Shown here piece after piece: positions 56,801 through 64,000 of a stretch of 64,000 nucleotides of DNA. The stretch is from the human T2T-CHM13v2.0 reference genome, Homo sapiens. Under the pieces are notes generated by a model. It searched no databases. It saw only the letters and a list, made by a program, of their open reading frames with translations, and was not told where the DNA came from. How positions within the stretch are numbered: the stretch's first letter is position 1; every line of letters starts with the position of its first letter. The position numbers and the translations under genes were made by a program. The DNA is taken from NCBI RefSeq assembly GCF_009914755.1, contig NC_060948.1. One strand, written 5' to 3'.

Positions 56801-57443
56801 CAAATCAAATGGAATGGAAAGGAATTGAATGGAGTAGATTGGATTGGATGGGATTGGAATGAAATGTACTGGAAAGGACTCGAATTTCATGAAACGGAAT
56901 GGAATGAATTGGAACGGAATGGACTCGAATGGAATGGAATGTCATGGAATGGCATCAAATGGAATGGCATCAAATGGAATGGAATCGAATGCAATGGAAT
57001 GCTATGGAATGGAATGGAATGCATTGGAATGGAATGTCCTCTAATGGAATGGATTCGAGTGGAATGGAATCGAATATAATGGAGTCGAATGAAATGGAAT
57101 TGAAAGGAATGGGATCGAATACAATGGAATATACTGGAATGTAATGTAATGAACTCGAATGTAATTGACTGGAATGGAATGTACATGAATGGAATGTAAT
57201 CGAATGGAAAGTAATCCAATGGAATAGAATCTAATGCAATAAAATCGACTCAGATAGAGTAGAATGTAATGGAATGGAGTGCAGTGCAATGGAATGGAAT
57301 GGAATGGAATGCAATTGAATGGAATGGAATGGAATGGAATGGAATGGAATGGAATGGGATGGAATGGTATGGAATGGATAGTAATGGACTGGAGTGAAAT
57401 GGACTGGAAAGGAATGGACTCAAATTGAAAGGGCTCGAAAGGA
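53880..57443 (+). repeat. DYZ1 unit U16, 3564 bp (copy of U3)
   Basis: Landmark spacing; HaeIII 54157 plus an extra GGCC at 56058. Confidence 0.92.
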
Positions 57444-60400
57444 ATGGAGTCAAATGGAATGGTCTGGAATGGAATGAACACGAATGTAATGCAATCCAAT
57501 AGAATGGAATCGAATGGCATGGAATATAAAGAAATGGAATCGGAGAGAATGGAAACAAATGGAATGGAATTGAATGGAATGGAATTGAATGGAATGGGAA
57601 CGAATGGAGTGAAATTGTATGCAGTAGAAGGGAATAGAATGGAATGCAAGCGAAAGGAAAGGAATGGATTGGAATGGAATGGAATTCATTGGAATGGAAG
57701 GGAATGTAGTGTAATGGACAGGCCTGGAATAAAGTGGAATGCTACGGTCTCGAATGGAATAAAAATGTATGGAATGGAATGCAATGAAATGGAATCGAAT
57801 GTCATAGAATGAAATGGAATGCAACAAAATGGAATCCAAAATCATTGACTGGAAAGGCTGGGTGTCGGAAGGAATTGACTCCAATGGAATGGAATCGAAT
57901 GGAATGGAAGTGAATAGAATCGAACTAAATCGAATGGAATGGAATTGATAGGAACGGAATGGAAAGGAATGCAATGATTTGGCATGGAATGGAATCGAAT
58001 GGCATCGAATGGAATGGAATGGAATGCAATGGAATGGAATGTATTAGAATGTAATGAACTTTAATGGAATGTACTCGAATGGATTCGACTGGAATGGAAT
58101 GTTCTGGAAGTGAATGGACTCCAATGGAATGGATTCCAAAGGAATGGAATCGTACGGAATGGAATCTAATGGAATGGAATTAAATGGAAATGAATCAAAT
58201 TGAATAGCACGGAATTGAATTGAATGGAATGGAATGCAATGGAATCTAATGAAACGGAAAGGAAAGGAATGGAATGGAATGGAATGGGCTGGAATGGAAA
58301 GGAATCGAAACGAATGGAATGGAATCGAACTGAAGAGACTGGAATGGAATGCACTGGAATGGAAGGGAGTGTAATGGAAGGTTCTCGAAAAAAATGGAAT
58401 CGAATGGAATGGAATTGAATGGAACGGAATAGAGTCGAATGGAATTGAATGGAATGGAATGGACTAGAGTGAAATGGAATCGAACCACAAGGAATGGACA
58501 GGAATAGAATGGTCTCGAATTGAATGGAATCGTATGGAATGGCATCAAACGGAATGGAATGGACAGCCACGGAATGGAATGCACTCGAATGCAATGGAGT
58601 CGAAACTAATGGACTGGAATAGAATGGACTCGACTGGTACGGACTCCAATGGAATGGAATCGAATGGAAGGGAATCGAACGGAATGGACTCGAAGGGAAA
58701 AGACTGCAATGGAAAGGTCTCGAATGGAATGGAAATTAATGGAATGGAATGGAATCGAATGAAATGGAGTCAAAAGGAATGGAATCGAATGGCAACAAAT
58801 CGAATGTAATGGAATCGCAAGGAATTGATGTGAACGGAACGGAATGGAATGGAATCCAAAGGAATGGAATAGAATGGAATGGAATCGAATGGAAAGGACT
58901 CGAATGGAAATCACTCGAATAGAATGCAATTTAATAAAATAGGATCAAATGTAATGGAATGGAATGGAAAGGAATCGAAACGAAAGGAATGGAGACAGAT
59001 GGAATGGAATGGAACAGAGAGCAATGGTATAGAATGGAATGGAATCATCTGGAATGGAATTGAATGGAATGGAATAATATGAAATGGAATGGAATGGAAT
59101 GGAATGGAATGGAATGCCCTTGAATTAAATGGACTGGAATGGAATGGACTCGAACAGAGTGGAATGGAAAGTGTTGAGATAGAATGGAATGGACTCCTTT
59201 GGAATGGTGTAGTATGCAATGCAATCGACTGGCAGGGAATCAAAAGGAATGTAATGGAATGGACTGGACTGGAATGCAATGGACTCGAATAGATTGGAAA
59301 CGGAATGCAAAGAAATGGAATGGAATAGTATGGAATGGAATGGAAAGGAATGGAGTGGAATAGACTAGAGTGGAATGGAATGGACTGGAAAGCAATGGAC
59401 TGGAATGGAACTTTCTTGAATGGACTGGAATCAAACGGAATGGAATGCAATGCAATCAAATGGCATGGAATAAAATAGAATGAAAGAGAATCAAATGGAA
59501 TTGAATCGAATGGAATCGAATGGATTGGAAAGGAATAGAATGGAATGGAATGGAATGGACTCAAATGGAATGGACTAGAATGGAATGGATTCGAATGGAA
59601 GGCAAAGGAATGGAATCTATTGGAATGGACTGTAATGGAATGGAATGGAAGGGATTGGAATGGACTCGAATGGAATGGACTGCAATAGAAAGGATTCGAA
59701 TGGAATGAAAAAGAATTGAATGGAATAGAACAGAATGGAATCAAATCGAATGAAATGGAATGGAATAGAAAGGAATGGAGTGAAATGGAATGGAAAGGAT
59801 TCGAATGGAATGCAATCGAATGGAATGGAATCGAACGGAATGGAATAAAATGGAAGAAAACTGGCAAGAAATGGAATCGAAATGAATGGAGTGTTATGGA
59901 ACGGACTCAAAAGGAATTGAATGTAATAGAATGGAGTGGAGTGGACTCGAATATAATGGACTGGAATGGAATGAAATCACATGGAATGGGAACGAATGGA
60001 ATGGAATGGAAAGGAATGGAATCGAATGGAAAGGAATCGAATGGAAGGGAATGAAATTGAATCAACAGGAATGGAAGGGAATAGAATAGACGGTAATGGA
60101 ATGGACTCGAATAGAATGGACACGAATGCTCAAATTGAATGGACTCGAATGGAATGGAAACGAAAGGAATGTCATCGAATGGAATTGAATCGATTGGAAT
60201 GAAATCGCATAGAATGGAGTGGAATCAAATGGAATTGAATCGAAAGGAAAGGAAGCGAATGGACTGAAATGAAATGGAATGGAATTGAATGGAAAGTAAT
60301 GCAATGGAATAGAATGGAACGAAATTTCACGGAATGGAATCAAACTGAATGGAATCAAATCAATGGAATCAAATCAAATGGAATGGAAAGGAATTGAATG

Positions 60401-61012
60401 GAGTAGATTGGATTGGATGGGATTGGAATGAAATGTACTGGAAAGGACTCGAATTTCATGAAACGGAATGGAATGAATTGGAACGGAATGGACTCGAATG
60501 GAATGGAATGTCATGGAATGGCATCAAATGGAATGGCATCAAATGGAATAGAATCGAATGCAATGGAATGCTATGGAATGGAATGGAATGCATTGGAATG
60601 GAATGTCCTCTAATGGAATGGATTCGAGTGGAATGGAATCGAATATAATGGAGTCGAATGAAATGGAATTGAAAGGAATGGGATCGAATACAATGGAATA
60701 TACTGGAATGTAATGTAATGAACTCGAATGTAATTGACTGGAATGGAATGTACATGAATGGAATGTAATCGAATGGAAAGTAATCCAATGGAATAGAATC
60801 TAATGCAATAAAATCGACTCAGATAGAGTAGAATGTAATGGAATGGAGTGCAGTGCAATGGAATGGAATGGAATGGAATGCAATTGAATGGAATGGAATG
60901 GAATGGAATGGAATGGAATGGAATGGGATGGAATGGTATGGAATGGATAGTAATGGACTGGAGTGAAATGGACTGGAAAGGAATGGACTCAAATTGAAAG
61001 GGCTCGAAAGGA
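57444..61012 (+). repeat. DYZ1 unit U17, 3569 bp (U11-like)
   Basis: Landmark spacing; HaeIII 57721. Confidence 0.92.
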
Positions 61013-64000
61013 ATGGAGTCAAATGGAATGGTCTGGAATGGAATGAACACGAATGTAATGCAATCCAATAGAATGGAATCGAATGGCATGGAATATAAAG
61101 AAATGGAATCGGAGAGAATGGAAACAAATGGAATGGAATTGAATGGAATGGAATTGAATGGAATGGGAACGAATGGAGTGAAATTGTATGCAGTAGAAGG
61201 GAATAGAATGGAATGCAAGCGAAAGGAAAGGAATGGATTGGAATGGAATGGAATTCATTGGAATGGAAGGGAATGTAGTGTAATGGACAGGCCTGGAATA
61301 AAGTGGAATGCTACGGTCTCGAATGGAATAAAAATGTATGGAATGGAATGCAATGAAATGGAATCGAATGTCATAGAATGTAATGGAATGCAACAAAATG
61401 GAATCCAAAATCATTGACTGGAAAGGCTGGGTGTCGAAAGGAATTGACTCCAATGGAATGGAATCGAATGGAATGGAAGTGAATAGAATCGAACTAAATC
61501 GAATGGAATGGAATTGATAGGAACGGAATGGAAAGGAATGCAATGATTTGGCATGGAATGGAATCGAATGGCATCGAATGGAATGGAATGGAATGCAATG
61601 GAATGGAATGTATTAGAATGTAATGAACTTTAATGGAATGTACTCGAATGGATTCGACTGGAATGGAATGTTCTGGAAGTGAATGGACTCCAATGGAATG
61701 GATTCCAAAGGAATGGAATCGTACGGAATGGAATCTAATGGAATGGAATTAAATGGAAATGAATCAAATTGAATAGCACGGAATTGAATTGAATGGAATG
61801 GAATGCAATGGAATCTAATGAAACGGAAAGGAAAGGAATGGAATGGAATGGAATGGGCTGGAATGGAAAGGAATCGAAACGAATGGAATGGAATCGAACT
61901 GAAGAGACTGGAATGGAATGCACTGGAATGGAAGGGAGTGTAATGGAAGGTTCTCGAAAAAAATGGAATCGAATGGAATGGAATTGAATGGAACGGAATA
62001 GAGTCGAATGGAATTGAATGGAATGGAATGGACTAGAGTGATATGGAATCGAACCACAAGGAATGGAGAGGAATAGAATGGTCTCGAATTGAATGGAATC
62101 GTATGGAGTGGCATCAAACGGAATGGAATGGACAGCCACGGAATGGAATGCACTCGAATGCAATGGAGTCGAAACTAATGGACTGGAATAGAATGGACTC
62201 GACTGGTACGGACTCCAATGGAATGGAATCGAATGGAAGGGAATCGAACGGAATGGACTCGAAGGGAAAAGACTGCAATGGAAAGGTCTCGAATGGAATG
62301 GAAATTAATGGAATGGAATGGAATCGAATGAAATGGAGTCAAAAGGAATGGAATCGAATGGCAACAAATCGAATGTAATGGAATCGCAAGGAATTGATGT
62401 GAAAGGAACGGAATGGAATGGAATCCAAAGGAATGGAATAGAATGGAATGGAATCGAATGGAAAGGACTCGAATGGAAATCACTCGAATAGAATGCAATT
62501 TAATAAAATAGGATCAAATGTAATGGAATGGAATGGAAAGGAATCGAAACGAAAGGAATGGAGACAGATGGAATGGAATGGAACAGAGAGCAATGGTATA
62601 GAATGGAATGGAATCATCTGGAATGGAATTGAATGGAATGGAATAATATGAAATGGAATGGAATGGAATGGAATGGAATGCCCTTGAATTAAATGGACTG
62701 GAATGGAATGGACTCGAACAGAGTGGAATGGAAAGTGTTGAGATAGAATGGAATGGACTCCTTTGGAATGGTGTAGTATGCAATGCAATCGACTGGCAGG
62801 GAATCAAAAGGAATGTAATGGAATGGACTGGACTGGAATGCAATGGACTCGAATAGATTGGAAACGGAATGCAAAGAAATGGAATGGAATAGTATGGAAT
62901 GGAATGGAAAGGAATGGAGTGGAATAGACTAGAGTGGAATGGAATGGACTGGAAAGCAATGGACTGGAATGGAACTTTCTTGAATGGACTGGAATCAAAC
63001 GGAATGGAATGCAATGCAATCAAATGGCATGGAATAAAATAGAATGAAAGAGAATCAAATGGAATTGAATCGAATGGAATCGAATGGATTGGAAAGGAAT
63101 AGAATGGAATGGAATGGAATGGACTCAAATGGAATGGACTAGAATGGAATGGATTCGAATGGAAGGCAAAGGAATGGAATCTACTGGAATGGACTGTAAT
63201 GGAATGGAATGGAAGGGATTGGAATGGACTCGAATGGAATGGACTGCAATAGAAAGGATTCGAATGGAATGAAAAAGAATTGAATGGAATAGAACAGAAT
63301 GGAATCAAATCGAATGAAATGGAATGGAATAGAAAGGAATGGAATGAAATGGAATGGAAAGGATTCGAATGGAATGCAATCGAATGGAATGGAATTGAAC
63401 GGAATGGAATAAAATGGAAGAAAACTGGCAAGAAATGGAATCGAAATGAATGGAGTGTTATGGAACGGACTCAAAAGGAATTGAATGTAATAGAATGGAG
63501 TGGAGTGGACTCGAATATAATGGACTGGAATGGAATGAAATCACATGGAATGGGAACGAATGGAATGGAATGGAAAGGAATGGAATCGAATGGAAAGGAA
63601 TCGAATGGAAGGGAATGAAATTGAATCAACAGGAATGGAAGGGAATAGAATAGACGGTAATGGAATGGACTCGAATAGAATGGACACGAATGCTCAAATT
63701 AAATGGACTCGAATGGAATGGAAACGAAAGGAATGTCATCGAATGGAATTGAATCGATTGGAATGAAATCGCATAGAATGGAGTGGAATCAAATGGAATT
63801 GAATCGAAAGGAAAGGAAGCGAATGGACTGAAATGAAATGGAATGGAATTGAATGGAAAGTAACGCAATGGAATAGAATGGAACGAAATTTCACGGAATG
63901 GAATCAAACTGAATGGAATCAAATCAATGGAATCAAATCAAATGGAATGGAAAGGAATTGAATGGAGTAGATTGGATTGGATGGGATTGGAATGAAATGT
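61013..64000 (+). repeat. DYZ1 unit U18, truncated by the window end (U4-like)
   Basis: Landmark at 61013; HaeIII 61290; TCTACTGG variant shared with U4. Confidence 0.92.

Larger units (their letters stand above)
46378..57375 (+). repeat. Second copy of a >=11-kb segmental duplication (first copy ~1-11010)
   Basis: At least nine collinear rare variants are shared at offsets of 46362-46377 bp (see findings). Confidence 0.85.
1..64000 (+). repeat. DYZ1: Human Satellite 3 array, DYZ1 (HSat3A6)-type Yq12 heterochromatin; (GGAAT)n pentamer organised in a ~3.56-kb tandem unit
   Basis: Seen: degenerate GGAAT pentamers throughout, in one orientation. The unique landmarks GAATTCATTGG, GACAGGCCTGG, GGCTGGGTGTCG, GCCCTTGAATT and GACTCAGATAGAGTAG recur every 3544-3584 bp. 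Known: DYZ1 is a 3564-bp TTCCA-based unit cut once by EcoRI and once by HaeIII. Confidence 0.95.

Noticed and set aside
1-57375. The 46-kb duplication as a pure assembly artefact
   Set aside because: The two copies differ at several sites (e.g. G1506-region CCAGGG vs CCACGG, the 15-bp deletion at ~49330, 5-bp slips, T>A 55381), which is more consistent with a real, slightly aged duplication. Spanning reads are still needed for proof.
147-63922. Hundreds of ORFs (MEWNG-type on +, FHSIP-type on -), including recurring 305/318-aa ORFs
   Set aside because: These are the obligatory 5-aa-periodic translations of a stop-free pentamer. They overlap in several frames on both strands, have no recognisable domain, and are freely broken by 5-bp slips and stop gains between units.
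1-64000. CRISPR-like array or other prokaryotic defence/mobile system
   Set aside because: There is no constant repeat with unique spacers, and no cas, reverse transcriptase, integrase or transposase coding sequence. The non-consensus stretches repeat nearly identically every 3.56 kb.
1-64000. DYZ2/HSat1B block, Alu or L1 insertion, or strand inversion
   Set aside because: Landmark spacing never leaves 3544-3584 bp, so there is no room for an insertion. The + strand stays GGAAT-oriented throughout.
1-64000. Assignment to HSat2, autosomal HSat3, telomeric or alpha satellite
   Set aside because: There is no dominant HSat2 CATTCGATTC/ATGATG pattern, no TTAGGG array and no 171-bp monomer. The ~3564-bp EcoRI/HaeIII periodicity fits DYZ1.

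Overview
The whole 64-kb window is one uninterrupted, single-orientation tandem satellite. Its basic unit is a degenerate pentamer, (GGAAT)n on + and (CATTC)n on -. The pentamers are organised into a ~3.56-kb repeat present as 17 complete copies plus two partial ones (3544-3584 bp). Each copy carries one EcoRI site (GAATTC, first at 603-608) and one StuI/HaeIII site (AGGCCT, first at 641-646). The pentamer, the unit length (four copies are exactly 3564 bp) and the single EcoRI/HaeIII sites match human Satellite 3 DYZ1 (HSat3A6) of Yq12 heterochromatin. This identification comes from family knowledge, not a database search. I see no credible genes, RNA genes, transposons, CRISPR arrays, DYZ2/Alu blocks or inversions, and all listed ORFs are translation artefacts of the pentamer. 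I cannot support a new biological system here. The real hidden structure is in unit-specific variants. These show a ~46.4-kb (13-unit) segmental duplication of at least 11 kb, nested matches at 2, 5, 6 and 14 units, and mosaic units. They also show one ~1-kb strongly divergent tract, indels only in multiples of 5 bp (often 15), and four fixed pentamer phase shifts. Units U1-U18 are numbered from the landmark ATGGAGTCAAATGGAATGGTCTGG. Variants were read by eye, so some may be missed.
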